Source of the DNA: Candidatus Saccharimonadota bacterium
GTDB lineage: Archaea > Micrarchaeota > Micrarchaeia > Micrarchaeales > Micrarchaeaceae
Length of the DNA: 32,000 nucleotides
Reading direction: 5' to 3'
Assembly (NCBI RefSeq): GCF_002214165.1
Contig: NZ_CP019964.1
Coordinates: 780,001-812,000, forward strand
Of the stretch, positions 9,169-19,531 are shown piece after piece. The notes beneath the pieces are model-generated. The model was not told where the DNA came from. It saw only the letters and a list, made by a program, of their open reading frames with translations, and made no database searches. Both the position numbers and the translations under genes were made by a program. Within the stretch, counting starts at the first letter, position 1; every line of letters begins with the position of its first letter.

Positions 9169-9702
9169 TTGGTTTTCTGTTGCATCAGGAGCATCTTTCT
9201 TGTCGCTTTTATCTTCGCCGTTGATTACTTTGCTGCCTACCACTGCCCTGTTTTCTATCGCGGTCTTTATGCCTTTAAGTTCATCTGGCTTCATCACTTT
9301 CTCCAGTATGTATTTTGAGTAGTTTACGGATGTTTCAGACAAGTCCATTAGTATTGTCTGCAGCTCAGCACCCGTCAAACGTATTTCGCTTGCAGGCCTT
9401 AATATCTCAACACCTGCAGGTGCATAGTTAAATGCGATTTTAAATGCATAGCTTGGTTTTTCGAATAATGTTGTTATCTCTGCCACTGTGCTATAAACAT
9501 CATCAACTTTAATTGGTTCCTCTATTGCACCATAACAATATATTACGCCTTTTTCTTTTAGGAGCCTGTTGCTTACCAAGTCTATCATCAGGGGCTGGAG
9601 CTTGCTGGCATCTTCGCTCTGCATGTCAAAATAAAGCTTTATCAGCATCCCTCCTTTTTCTATTGTTTCGTCCGTAACCTTATCAACTTCTGATTTTGCC
9701 AT
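9160..9702 (-). CDS. Conserved-looking hypothetical protein
   Basis: The 180-aa ORF has normal composition and an acidic, Lys-rich tail. It converges on cysS with a 9-nt overlap and lies downstream of the signal peptidase gene on the same strand. I recognise no motif. Confidence 0.55.
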   Translation of the reverse strand: MAKSEVDKVTDETIEKGGMLIKLYFDMQSEDASKLQPLMIDLVSNRLLKEKGVIYCYGAIEEPIKVDDVYSTVAEITTLFEKPSYAFKIAFNYAPAGVEILRPASEIRLTGAELQTILMDLSETSVNYSKYILEKVMKPDELKGIKTAIENRAVVGSKVINGEDKSDKKDAPDATENQSS

Positions 9703-9714
9703 TTAATCACCTAA

Positions 9715-10776
9715 TTATGATTCCCAACTGTGTATAATGGTAGAATTGCAACCGGCAGGGGCAGTGAATTTGCCGCTTATCAACAACTTCAGATATCCTA
9801 AATATGGAGCAACGCCTACCACTTTGCCTTCGACCTCACTGCTATTTGGCGGGTAGTTGTCATATTGCATATCAAGTCCTGGATTGTTGTCCCCTTTTGT
9901 CAATATGTAGTAATTCCCACTCTGATTTAATATAGCATATGCCCTATGGACTATGAATGAATCACCCTCCTTGTAAAACAAGTCTGAAGGTTCTGTCTGG
10001 TACACCACGACACTATTGTTAGCGTCACCTTTTATGGTTTTGTTATTTATCCTTATTGACTCCAAATATGCTTCTTCTCCTTCAGTTCCGTTGTTGTATC
10101 TTATGCTTCTAACACCGCAATTGTAGCTTATGGGGTATCCGCTGGTGTTGTTGAGTATCTCATCTCCTGATGATCCCTCTTTGTAAAGCCCTATTGCCCA
10201 TCCCTCCTCATAATACTGGGATACCTCCAATTGCGTGCCGCTATATTTATAGGCAACACAGGACAATGAATCCGGATATCCCTGGGACATTATATACCCG
10301 ATCTCGCTTTTAGTGACATTTACCATAGGGGCTTTTATTTGCTTGATATTTGATATTCCTGAAATCGCTATTATATCTCCCCTATGCAGGTAAGGGAGCA
10401 TGCTGCAGCTTGGCACCACATTGATAGGATAGCGCGTATTCAAGCCGTACATCAATGCAAGCCAAATCACGGCTACGACTATTATAGTTCCGAATATCTC
10501 TATAACAACCTTCTTGCTTCCTTCCTCCCTAACACTCTGTTCAAGCTCAAGCCCTATTATCAGAACAAGGAATATAAACGATAGCAACCCCAGTATTATT
10601 GATAGATATTCGTACCCGCTGAATACTAGGTACAGTGCTATTGATATGAAAAATGCAATATAGAAAGGCAGCAGCTTTATTCCTTGCTTTTTGGAGGGTT
10701 TTTCGGCTGCTTGACTAGGCCTATTGCCTCCTGCCTTGGCATCTTTGTAATCCGCTTTTTTCTTCTTTGACAACAA
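9715..10776 (-). CDS. Signal peptidase I, archaeal/ER (Sec11) type, with an N-terminal multi-TM extension and a large insertion
   Basis: The catalytic boxes appear in order: SCSMLP (Ser box), GDIIAI, VHRA (His box) and TKGDNNPGLD. About 130 aa are inserted between GDIIAI and VHRA. Confidence 0.8.
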   Translation of the reverse strand: MLSKKKKADYKDAKAGGNRPSQAAEKPSKKQGIKLLPFYIAFFISIALYLVFSGYEYLSIILGLLSFIFLVLIIGLELEQSVREEGSKKVVIEIFGTIIVVAVIWLALMYGLNTRYPINVVPSCSMLPYLHRGDIIAISGISNIKQIKAPMVNVTKSEIGYIMSQGYPDSLSCVAYKYSGTQLEVSQYYEEGWAIGLYKEGSSGDEILNNTSGYPISYNCGVRSIRYNNGTEGEEAYLESIRINNKTIKGDANNSVVVYQTEPSDLFYKEGDSFIVHRAYAILNQSGNYYILTKGDNNPGLDMQYDNYPPNSSEVEGKVVGVAPYLGYLKLLISGKFTAPAGCNSTIIHSWES

Positions 10777-10784
10777 ACCCCCTC

Positions 10785-13700
10785 TTATTTATTGAGGTTG
10801 CTTAATTTGACCGCCACGGATCTTGATTCGTCATTCTGATTTACAAAACCTATTACAGCATCAGCTGATGTTATCAGCGTATCGTTGTGGCTCACCACTA
10901 TGAATTGTGATCTTTCACTCATTTTCTTAAGCAATAAGGATAGCTTCTTTGAATTATCCTTGTCTAATGCGGAATCGATCTCATCGAATATGTAGAATGA
11001 TTTAGGATCGCGCATCAGTATAGCAAATAGTAATATTAAAAGATTTAAAGATTTTTCCCCTCCCGATAAGGTTTCTGAATTCGCTTCCCTTCCGCTCTCC
11101 TTCTTCACGATTATGTTAAGCCCGGAATTAAAAGGGTCTTTTGGATTCTGCAGCACTAAACGTCCCTCTGTGCCAATTGTGACCTTGTGAAGGGTTGAGA
11201 AGTTCTCATTTACTTTGCTAAAGGTTTCATTGAATACTTCGAGCTTCTTGCGCTCTACCTCCTTTATCATTGACATTATTGAATTTTTCTCGCTGTCCAG
11301 TGTGTTAAGTTTTAATGCCGCCTCCTCCACCCCCTTACTTTTTTCAAGGTACATTTCAGGGGCTTTTAGGTTTACCTCCCCTAACTTTGAGAGGCTTGAT
11401 TTGAATTCTGAAAGCTTTCTCTCTAATTCCTCTATGCTGCCCTGCATCTCTTCAATTCCTTCATATGTGGATAGTTCTGCTTTTATATCTGACAGCCTTA
11501 CATTTGATTCTATGCTCCCCGACTTTAGGTCATTGATTTCCCTGTTCATTTGGTCAATGTGGGATGATATCCTGCCTTTCTCAAATCCTAAATCTTCAAT
11601 AGTCTTTTCAATACCTGAAAGCTTGTTATAAAGCTCTACACTGTCCTTATCTTGGGCCTTCATTATTGCTTCATTTTCCGCTTTAACCGCTTTCTCATCC
11701 TCCAGTTTGCTTTCAAAATCCTTAATCTGTGACTTTTGAAGTGCTATCTTAGATTCAACTTTCTTCAGTTCTTCTGATAGCTCTTGGAGCTTCGTTTTAT
11801 TTAATGCCACCTCCTTACTCTTTGACGCGTGGTCAACTTTCAGGCTTTCTATCTCTGATCTTAATTTTGGCAGATTCTGTACGCCCGATTTGGCAGGCAT
11901 GCTTGATTCTTTTTCCTCCATGGATTCCTTTAGCTTCTTTATTTTTAGGTCGATCATTGATTTCTCAGAATCGAGCATTTCAACTTCTTTTGAGAGAGAA
12001 CTAAGGTTGCTTTTTAATTCGCTTTCTTTTTCTTGTACTGTGCTTGCAGAATTATACTGTTCAAGCAGTTTTTTCTTGGTCTGTATTTCATTATCAATGT
12101 TCTCCAACCTTACTTGGTTTTGTGAGATCTGCCTAAAAGTCTCATTTATTAGCTCGTCAAGTTCTGCCTGCCTTGATGAAAGCCCTTTCCTTGTGGTCTC
12201 TGTCTCTTCCAGCTCCATTCTAAGCTTTCCTGGGAAAACATTGCTGCTTTTGGAACGCCCTCCTGTCACTATTCCTGAAGGCTCAACCAGCTCGCCATCA
12301 AGAGTGACGAATCTATACTTTCCAATCCCCAGCTTCTTTGCTTGCTCTATGTTGTCTATTATATATGTGTTGGAGAATATATATGCAAAAGCCTTTTCAA
12401 ATTTTGAATCGTACTCTATATGCCTTAAGAGCGGGTCCATCTTGTTCTCCTGCATCGGATAATAGGATATTTCCTCTATAGGTATGAAGGATGCACGCCC
12501 CATCATTGCTCTTTTGAGCACCTTTATGGCATTGTTAGCCGTACTTATGTTGTCCACTACAAAGTAATTCATCCTGCTTCCAGAAGCTGTATTTACGGCC
12601 TCTGAATACTTTTCATCATACCTGCATAACTCATATGCCCTTCCATAAAATCCTTCCTTGATCACGCTTTTAAGCGTTTCCTCCATGCTGTCTCTTGCCC
12701 CTCCGAAGCTTGATAACTGCTCCCTTAGATTTATGCTGCGGATATTTGCCTTGTCTAGTGCACCTCCTATCTCTATCCTCTCTGACTTTAATTGTGATAT
12801 AGATTTCCCTTCCTTGGATATCTCTGAACTCAGCCTTGCCTTTTCTAAGTCAAGGCGGGACAGATCCTCTTTTATGCTTTGGACGCTTTCTCCTGCTGTG
12901 GCAATCTTTGACTGTATTGATGAGTACTCAGATTTTAATTGCTCCAGCCTGACTTTTTTATCCGTATAATCGGAGTTCAATGAATTTAATTTGGCGGATT
13001 GCTCTTCGTATTCTTTCTGCAACGTTTTATATTCTTGCATCCCTGCATCATTTGCTGATTCAAGATCCTTGTAATAATTGGACTTTGACTCTATGTCTTT
13101 TGATATTGCTGCTAGCTCTGCCGATTCCGCCTCTATTAATGAGGATATCTTTGAGATATCTGATTTATGGCTCTCTAAACTGAGTTCTAGTTCCTTGACT
13201 GATTCGTTAAGGTTTGATATGTTTGCCAGGTAAACTGCAATGTTCTTGTTGGCATTTTCTACTGCCGCATTTATCGAGCCAAGCTTGCTGGATTTTAGAT
13301 TTATCTCTTTTGATATTTCATTATGCTTTGAAGATAAATCAGATATTTTTCCATTCAATGAGTCAAGCGAATCTTTCTCCTTTGAAAGAAGTTCGTTTTT
13401 GGCTTTGATTTCCTCATTTATCTTTGACATCCTTGAATCGATCTCCTCAAATCTCCTCTTCAGTACCGTATAATTTATTTTCTTTATTTGTGAGGCAAAA
13501 TGCTGGTATGCCTCTGCATCGTCTTTCTCTTTTTTGAGTTCGTTCAGGAAGCCAAGCCTTTCGCCAAGCAGTGCTTTTGCAGCGCTTATCTTTTCATCGA
13601 CCTTTCCAAGCTCTTTCAGTGAATCTTCACGCTTGTCATCGAATTCCTTAATCCCTGCGGCTATATCTATGAGGTATCTCCTTTCTTTTACGCTCAACCC

Positions 13701-14129
13701 CATAATTTTGTTTATCTCTCCTTGTGTGATGGTATTGGTCTCATTCACAACAGCCCCGTTTCTTGCCAGCATATCTACAATCTCCTGCCGGGTTGCCTTT
13801 TTGCCATCCAGCCTGTACTCTATCTTTCCGTCGCTGTCTACAGACCTGTAAATTTCAAAAGAGGAACTCCCTGAGAACGTGATGCTTACAGATGCGGTTT
13901 TCTTTGATTTTGAGTTCTCCAGTGAAAGACTATTAAGTAAGTCCTTGGTCTTTGAAACCCTCATTCTTTTAAGGGATGTTTCCCCAAGCGCGAACAGCAG
14001 TGAATCGCAGATGTTTGACTTTCCTGCACCATTAGCCCCTACAATACAATTGAAGCCGTTTGTAAACTGTGTAGATGAATTTTTGAAGGACTTAAAATTC
14101 CTAATATGAATTTTGTCAATGTAAAGCAT
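10785..14129 (-). CDS. smc: Chromosome segregation ATPase SMC
   Basis: The 1114-aa product has Walker A GANGAGKS, long Glu/Lys/Ser-rich coiled coils, a central hinge, the signature LSGGEKSL and Walker B FYIFDEIDSALD. Confidence 0.95.
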   Translation of the reverse strand: MLYIDKIHIRNFKSFKNSSTQFTNGFNCIVGANGAGKSNICDSLLFALGETSLKRMRVSKTKDLLNSLSLENSKSKKTASVSITFSGSSSFEIYRSVDSDGKIEYRLDGKKATRQEIVDMLARNGAVVNETNTITQGEINKIMGLSVKERRYLIDIAAGIKEFDDKREDSLKELGKVDEKISAAKALLGERLGFLNELKKEKDDAEAYQHFASQIKKINYTVLKRRFEEIDSRMSKINEEIKAKNELLSKEKDSLDSLNGKISDLSSKHNEISKEINLKSSKLGSINAAVENANKNIAVYLANISNLNESVKELELSLESHKSDISKISSLIEAESAELAAISKDIESKSNYYKDLESANDAGMQEYKTLQKEYEEQSAKLNSLNSDYTDKKVRLEQLKSEYSSIQSKIATAGESVQSIKEDLSRLDLEKARLSSEISKEGKSISQLKSERIEIGGALDKANIRSINLREQLSSFGGARDSMEETLKSVIKEGFYGRAYELCRYDEKYSEAVNTASGSRMNYFVVDNISTANNAIKVLKRAMMGRASFIPIEEISYYPMQENKMDPLLRHIEYDSKFEKAFAYIFSNTYIIDNIEQAKKLGIGKYRFVTLDGELVEPSGIVTGGRSKSSNVFPGKLRMELEETETTRKGLSSRQAELDELINETFRQISQNQVRLENIDNEIQTKKKLLEQYNSASTVQEKESELKSNLSSLSKEVEMLDSEKSMIDLKIKKLKESMEEKESSMPAKSGVQNLPKLRSEIESLKVDHASKSKEVALNKTKLQELSEELKKVESKIALQKSQIKDFESKLEDEKAVKAENEAIMKAQDKDSVELYNKLSGIEKTIEDLGFEKGRISSHIDQMNREINDLKSGSIESNVRLSDIKAELSTYEGIEEMQGSIEELERKLSEFKSSLSKLGEVNLKAPEMYLEKSKGVEEAALKLNTLDSEKNSIMSMIKEVERKKLEVFNETFSKVNENFSTLHKVTIGTEGRLVLQNPKDPFNSGLNIIVKKESGREANSETLSGGEKSLNLLILLFAILMRDPKSFYIFDEIDSALDKDNSKKLSLLLKKMSERSQFIVVSHNDTLITSADAVIGFVNQNDESRSVAVKLSNLNK

Positions 14130-14149
14130 CTTTTACCACTGTTCGTGTT

Positions 14150-15235
14150 TTATTTGGATTGCACACTGCTGATATTTGACATATGCAGGGATATAAATGA
14201 ATCGAGGTGTTGCCTTGATATTACCCCTACTAATGTCTTTCCTTTTGTGACACCGATTATCGGCAGGTTTGTATTCTGCATTTTATTAAATACATCATAA
14301 ACCTTTTTATTGTAATCTACCACTGGAAGAGACAACTTATAATACGAGGAACTCTGCTTGTTTGATATATTTAAATTTAAGGCGTTTATGTTAGGCGCTG
14401 GGAGCTTTGATATCACTTGATATCCTGCTTTGCTCTTGAAAAGTATTATGTTGGTATGGTACTTTATCACAGCGTCATATATTTCCTTCAGGGATGCGGG
14501 CTTTCTGAATAAAATGTAGTTCTTTGAAACGAGTGAACTGATAGATAGGTTCTTGGTGTTTTCCCTTATATAAGCCAATTCCATTTCCGATTTCGCCCCA
14601 CTGTATATGAACATGGCCATGAATATGTCGATAAATATTATGAACTCCTTGTAAACTATTGTGTAATTGGAAACCGCGGCATACACTAACGTTCCTATTA
14701 TGAATAGTATTGTTATTGCATTGCTCACCATCACGGTCTTCTTTGTTGCATTTATAAAAGAGTATTTTTTCCTGAAATATCCCCTTAATACTCTTCCGCC
14801 ATCCAATGGGAACCAAGGTATTATATTGAATACAGCAAGTAGTATGTTAAGGAGGAAGAATATTTGTATGAAGCTCTCAATCTCGCCGCCGGGCATTATG
14901 ACAGCTACTATGCCGAATGCGAATCCCATTATGAAGCTTGCAATAGGTCCGGCTAATGAAATCCTAAATTCAAGCTCTGGATCAAGTACATCAGAATCTA
15001 TTAGGGACCCGCCACCTAGGGGGTATAATATTATCTTTTCTACAGGTACATTGTTCCTGTATGCCGTCAATGTGTGCGACATTTCGTGAAGCAGCACGCA
15101 TGCAAAAAGGATCACAAGCACAAAAAAGAGAGGCACGCTTATTACAAGTGCGAATATCATAAGCAGTACGAATGTCCAATGCAGCTGTATTGGTATGCCT
15201 TTGAACTTTCCTATAATTGGGGACCACATTGACAT
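14150..15235 (-). CDS. M50-family (site-2 protease type) membrane metalloprotease with C-terminal CBS pair
   Basis: HEMSHTL (HExxH) lies in a TM region and there are several TM segments. The C-terminal half contains CBS-like repeats (LPVVDYNKKVYDVF..., LPIIGVTKGKTLVGVISRQHL). Confidence 0.85.
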   Translation of the reverse strand: MSMWSPIIGKFKGIPIQLHWTFVLLMIFALVISVPLFFVLVILFACVLLHEMSHTLTAYRNNVPVEKIILYPLGGGSLIDSDVLDPELEFRISLAGPIASFIMGFAFGIVAVIMPGGEIESFIQIFFLLNILLAVFNIIPWFPLDGGRVLRGYFRKKYSFINATKKTVMVSNAITILFIIGTLVYAAVSNYTIVYKEFIIFIDIFMAMFIYSGAKSEMELAYIRENTKNLSISSLVSKNYILFRKPASLKEIYDAVIKYHTNIILFKSKAGYQVISKLPAPNINALNLNISNKQSSSYYKLSLPVVDYNKKVYDVFNKMQNTNLPIIGVTKGKTLVGVISRQHLDSFISLHMSNISSVQSK

Positions 15236-15312
15236 GATAATTCACTAGTTATTTATACTAAAAAATATAAATAGTAAAGGGTACACAAAGTGATATATAA
15301 CATCTGGCATTC

Positions 15313-16146
15313 TTGGAATTTAGGTTTTGGCTTGAGAAAACAGCAGTTTTATCAAATATTCAAGGTTATAAATTGCTTCATTTGAACAATATAAAGTTTG
15401 TATATGGAAAACCGGCATTGATTGCGAAATCTTACGGGCATAGATGTATGGCCATAGGGGATCTCCACATAGGTTATGAAAACAGACTATTGAAGAAAGG
15501 AATACATATATACAATAATATGGATATAATGGCCTCGAGCATCTTGAAGATGTCGGAGGATTATGGGATCCACAGACTAATTTTGCTTGGAGATGTAAAA
15601 GATAGCATAATGCGTCCTGGAAGATATGAGTTGGAATCGCTGAAAAGATTCTTTGACCTCCTTAGCCCTTTAGATTTGTCAGTGGTAAATGGCAACCATG
15701 ATTCATTTTTAAGTGAAATAACCGGAATAGATACAGTGGATGAACTCTTATCGGGGGACTTTGCCTTTCTGCACGGCAATAGGTTCCCTTCGCTTAAAGC
15801 AATGGGCAAAAAGGTAATAATCACGGCACACAACCATATAGCGGTTGAGATCAATGAAGGCCACAAGAATTTTTACAAGGAGAAGGCTTGGTTGATATCC
15901 AGCATAAACCGTAATAATGCAAAAAAGTTTTATGACGAATTTTCTGCCAGCAAGCTGATAGTTATGCCTGCATTCAACCCTTTTATAATTGGCAGTGCGG
16001 TAAATTTCGAATCGGGCAAGGACAAGAAGAACATAAACCCCTTATTCAGCAATGGCATATTCGATTACAATAAGTCATATGTCTATAGCTTAAATGGCAT
16101 CAAGCTGGGCACGGTCAGCCAGCTAATTGCAAAAAACAATATATGA
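15313..16146 (+). CDS. Metallophosphoesterase (calcineurin-like)
   Basis: The ordered motifs are AIGDLHIG, GDVKD, GNHD, LHGN and AHNH. The listed start is TTG, and the true start is uncertain. Confidence 0.75.
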   Translation: MEFRFWLEKTAVLSNIQGYKLLHLNNIKFVYGKPALIAKSYGHRCMAIGDLHIGYENRLLKKGIHIYNNMDIMASSILKMSEDYGIHRLILLGDVKDSIMRPGRYELESLKRFFDLLSPLDLSVVNGNHDSFLSEITGIDTVDELLSGDFAFLHGNRFPSLKAMGKKVIITAHNHIAVEINEGHKNFYKEKAWLISSINRNNAKKFYDEFSASKLIVMPAFNPFIIGSAVNFESGKDKKNINPLFSNGIFDYNKSYVYSLNGIKLGTVSQLIAKNNI

Positions 16147-16156
16147 TTAGATATAG

Positions 16157-16342
16157 TTATTCCCTTATGACTGTTATTGGTATTACATCTTTCTCAAATT
16201 CTAGCTGGGCTAGGTCAAGTGAGTTTATCATTCCTTCAGGTACCCTTATCAATGGAGGAGCCCCATAAGCCAGCTGAAGAGCTCTTGCCCCTACTATCCT
16301 AGATTTTTCAAATCTTGTATATTCTTTTTCCATAAATTTCAC
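16157..16342 (-). CDS. rpoK: DNA-directed RNA polymerase subunit K (Rpo6)
   Basis: The 61-aa product contains TRFEKSRIVGARALQLAYGAPPLI, the conserved Rpo6/RpoK core. Confidence 0.85.
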   Translation of the reverse strand: MKFMEKEYTRFEKSRIVGARALQLAYGAPPLIRVPEGMINSLDLAQLEFEKDVIPITVIRE

Positions 16343-16360
16343 CTTTGCATTGTGGCCTTA

Positions 16361-17824
16361 TCAGACGGGGTTTGGCTTGAACTTCTCCTTTACTCCCTCT
16401 ATCTCTTTTTTAACGGATTCCCTCCATTTTTCGAAGTTCTCTGGACTGCTTGGATATTCCTCGTATATGCTGTCCAGCTTCTTCATCTTTCCTACTATGT
16501 ATAGAAGGTTAGAGAATGCTTGTATATTTGATGCACCTTTTAATGCAAACTTGAATTTTGATTTCATGCTGAGTTCTGGCACCTTTCCGTTTGTAAGATC
16601 CGTGGCTTCATCAGATGTCAAAAATGTCTTGATCCCATAATTTAATGTATCTACGTTTAACGATTGCAGATAAATCCTGAATGCCTCCAGCCCTGCTGTT
16701 TTCTTTCCATACTCCTGGTTGTATTCGGTATTGTAATTCCACAATCCCTTAAGTGATACGTCCCCTCCTTCTAAGGACTTGACTGCATTCTCTCCAGCCA
16801 ATATGCCTGATATTAGGGCAGGCCCTATCCCTCCTGCACTCAGTGGGTTAGGCATTACCATGCTGTCACCTACTCCCATGTAGCCATTGAATACAAGGCT
16901 TTCCATCTGACGCCTTACTGCAACAGACCATATTCCTTTTCCATTATTGTTCTTGTTGAATAGCTTAAGGTCCTTGAATACAGGCACCCATTTCACATAT
17001 TCGTCTATCAATGTTTGAAGGCTGTCCTTTTTGTTAAGCTTCTGGTTCCTTAAGTCTAAGCTGCTCTTCTGCACGCCTATTCCAATATTTATCTTGTTTC
17101 CGCTCTTAGGGAATACCCATCCATATCCCCCCGGAGCTAGCAATGGATTTAAATGTATAAGGGCATTTTTAGGGTCATAGTACCTCGGATCCTCATGGTC
17201 AAGCTCAAATTCGTATATGTATCTTCCAGTAGATTCAATATCGTCTATATCTACGAATCTGTCGACATATGGATTTTCAGGCAATCTTCTCCTAAGTACT
17301 GTTGACACACCTAATCCATCTATTACTAACTTGGATGAAAATTTCTTTGGCTGCTTGTCCTTGTCCTTACCAAATATACCGACAACGAAATTGTTTTCCA
17401 TCAATGGACCCTCAACTTCAAAATTTGGCACATAATGGGCACCGTTGTCCACTGCAAACTTCAGAAGCTTTGTCTCAAATTCTGGCCTGTCAAGAGTATA
17501 TCCTATTCCATCAAATTTGTATTTTGATTCTAAGTCTGGAGAAAGGGCGTATACGCCTTCTACTTGGTAATCCAATTCAGGTTCTGAGAAATGCAATCCC
17601 GTACGCTCCGTCACAAAATCAAGGTGGGATTTCGCAACTGCATCACCGCATGTCCATCCCCAATTTGTTTTCTTTCCTACTTCTATTTGGGAATTCCTAT
17701 CTAATAAGAGGACATTCAATCCTTTTTTAGCGGCTATCCCTGCTGCTAGATTCCCAGCCATACCTGCTCCTGCGACTATTAAATCGTATTTATCATTCGC
17801 TTCCATAAAAACACTTATGTTCAA
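16361..17824 (-). CDS. FAD-dependent oxidoreductase, geranylgeranyl reductase family
   Basis: The N-terminal dinucleotide-binding motif DLIVAGAGMAGNLAAGIAAKKGLNVLLLDR is present. At 487 aa the product is longer than the canonical lipid GGR. The gene lies 18 nt upstream of rpoK on the same strand. Confidence 0.8.
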   Translation of the reverse strand: MNISVFMEANDKYDLIVAGAGMAGNLAAGIAAKKGLNVLLLDRNSQIEVGKKTNWGWTCGDAVAKSHLDFVTERTGLHFSEPELDYQVEGVYALSPDLESKYKFDGIGYTLDRPEFETKLLKFAVDNGAHYVPNFEVEGPLMENNFVVGIFGKDKDKQPKKFSSKLVIDGLGVSTVLRRRLPENPYVDRFVDIDDIESTGRYIYEFELDHEDPRYYDPKNALIHLNPLLAPGGYGWVFPKSGNKINIGIGVQKSSLDLRNQKLNKKDSLQTLIDEYVKWVPVFKDLKLFNKNNNGKGIWSVAVRRQMESLVFNGYMGVGDSMVMPNPLSAGGIGPALISGILAGENAVKSLEGGDVSLKGLWNYNTEYNQEYGKKTAGLEAFRIYLQSLNVDTLNYGIKTFLTSDEATDLTNGKVPELSMKSKFKFALKGASNIQAFSNLLYIVGKMKKLDSIYEEYPSSPENFEKWRESVKKEIEGVKEKFKPNPV

Positions 17825-17937
17825 ATTTTTATTAACATGTTTCGCTAAAAATGAAAATTTGCGTTAAAATCTATTATTATTTGTTTAAAACTTTTATAAA
17901 CTTATGTTTTACAGTGTCATTTCAATATTATTATTTA

Positions 17938-18678
17938 TTATTTTTCTTTTAGGGTTATCTCTATCCTTTTATTGTGTGAGCCTTTGTTTTCATATTTGGA
18001 TAATTCAATTCTTCCTAGCTCTGATGTGTTTTTGACATGTGTACCTCCATCCAATTGGAAATCAAATCCCTTTATGTCTATTATCCTGAAGGTGTCAAGC
18101 TTCTTCATAAGCTCCTTTCCTGGTTCTGTCCTAGCCAATTCTGGAACCTTCTCCGCTTCCTCTTTAGTCAGGAACTTTACCTCTACAGGGAGTGCATTGT
18201 CTATTACCTGCTGTGACTCCTCGAGAATCTTTAATACCTTGTCTTTATCCAATCCAAGTATATCAAAATCTGCCCTTGCACGGTCATCATATATCTGCCC
18301 TCCTGTCATGCTGCCATTGCCCTCTTTAAACACTACTCCGTCTATTATGTGAAGTGCAGTATGGTATTTCATGTGCTGGTACCTTTTATCCCAGTCAATC
18401 CTCCCTTTTACAGTAGCACCCTCGGACAGCCCAGAGGTATCGGAAACCTTATGAAATACTCTGTCACCTGATTTAGAAACATCTGATACCGAATAGGATT
18501 TTCCATTAAATTCTATAACCCCCGTATCCGAAGGCTGGCCTCCACCAGTTGGATAAAATGCGGTTTTATCCAATTCTACCAATCCCTCACTCTCGTTTAA
18601 GGATATTACCTTTGCCTCAAATTCTTTGAGATAAGAATCTGTGAGATACAATTTTTCTGTCAATACATTACCCTTCAA
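17938..18678 (-). CDS. alaX: Alanyl-tRNA editing protein AlaX (AlaRS second-additional-domain family)
   Basis: The HTALHI and DGGTHV zinc-binding motifs are present, and the N-terminal EKLYLTDSYLKEFEAKV is typical of AlaX-M. The start codon is TTG. Confidence 0.85.
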   Translation of the reverse strand: MKGNVLTEKLYLTDSYLKEFEAKVISLNESEGLVELDKTAFYPTGGGQPSDTGVIEFNGKSYSVSDVSKSGDRVFHKVSDTSGLSEGATVKGRIDWDKRYQHMKYHTALHIIDGVVFKEGNGSMTGGQIYDDRARADFDILGLDKDKVLKILEESQQVIDNALPVEVKFLTKEEAEKVPELARTEPGKELMKKLDTFRIIDIKGFDFQLDGGTHVKNTSELGRIELSKYENKGSHNKRIEITLKEK

Positions 18679-18693
18679 TGATTAATGATGCAA

Positions 18694-18766
18694 TAGCCCC
18701 GGTCGGATTCGAACCGGCGTATGCGGGTCCAAAGCCCGCAGTCCTTGGCCTCTAGACGACAGGGCT
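18694..18766 (-). tRNA. tRNA-Gln(UUG)
   Basis: The minus strand reads AGCCCTG-TC-GTCT-AGAGGCCAA-GGAC-T-GCGGG-CTTTGGA-CCCGC-ATAC-GCCGG-TTCGAAT-CCGAC-CGGGGCT-A, 73 nt in total. The 5' A is typical of archaeal tRNA-Gln. There is one C:A mismatch in the T-stem and one G:U pair in the acceptor stem. Confidence 0.85.
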
Positions 18767-18801
18767 TCATTTAACTACTTATTGCTTTAAAATATTTAAA
18801 G

Positions 18802-19517
18802 CTATATAATTTTAGTCCACTTCTCTATAACGCTTCTTACTTCATCAAATTCCGGCAAGGGCACGAAAAGCAAGTTTTTGAGCTCTTTTTCAAATATACC
18901 CCTTTTATTAAGCAAGGATATTTCAAATTTATCTGGCAAAAACCTATCTCCGATATATTCTAACTTTTTATTCACTAAATTTATATCAAACTTTATATTT
19001 TTTTCCTTTATTAGATAATATAAGTCAATACATCACGTGCTTTATTCCTGCTTGTTATTGCCCTTATCTTTTCTGCACCCACTTCATCTAAATTTATTCC
19101 GTTAAGTACATGTATTGGCAATAGGTATTCAGGAAAATTTAATTTTATAGGCAGGGTTTTGTTTATTAGTTCTTCTCTTTTACTTATTTCTACATATACT
19201 ACACATCTGCTATTTTGGCTTGTATATAGAGGCCCCTGGGCCATTACCTTGAATGAAAATGATTTCTTATCATTAGTTTCAATTTTTGACTCGTTATAGA
19301 TTCCAAAAAGATCTAATCTTTCTGAAACTTTATTCATTATATTGCTTGGAAGATCGGATATCGCGGTAAAATCTAAATCTTCAGAAAAACGGGGCAGCCC
19401 ATTGAAAAACCATAGATAAGTGTCTCCCTTAAAAACTATAGATTCATCATAAAGTGAATTCAATATAGATGCTTGTATATAACGTTTCTCTTCTTGCCAT
19501 GCCTTTAAGCCTCTCAA
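18802..19517 (-). pseudogene. AbiEii/DUF1814-type nucleotidyltransferase toxin, frameshifted
   Basis: The N-terminal ORF (19011..19517) carries FKGDTYLWFFNGLPRFSEDLDFT, the GGTAL..RFSEDLDF-type signature. It stops at ...NKARDVLTYII*. A different frame continues as IDLYYLIKEKNIKFDINLVNKKLEYIGDRF...EKWTKII* down to 18802 and restores the family ARD..DLYYL motif. This implies a 1-nt indel near 19028-19031. Confidence 0.7.
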
Positions 19518-19531
19518 TTTAGCTATCTCAA

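Noticed and set aside
11215-14109. A chain of plus-strand ORFs (11215..11631, 11890..12462, 12658..12969, 13534..13851 and others) antisense to smc
   Set aside because: Their Ser/Leu/Phe-rich low-complexity products are the mirror image of the Glu/Lys/Leu coiled-coil codons of SMC. None has a motif, and the smc frame is unambiguous.
14475-15245. Alternative ORFs within the M50 protease gene (14475..14816, 14667..15089, 14991..15245)
   Set aside because: They overlap the frame that carries HExxH and the CBS repeats, and they have no motifs of their own.
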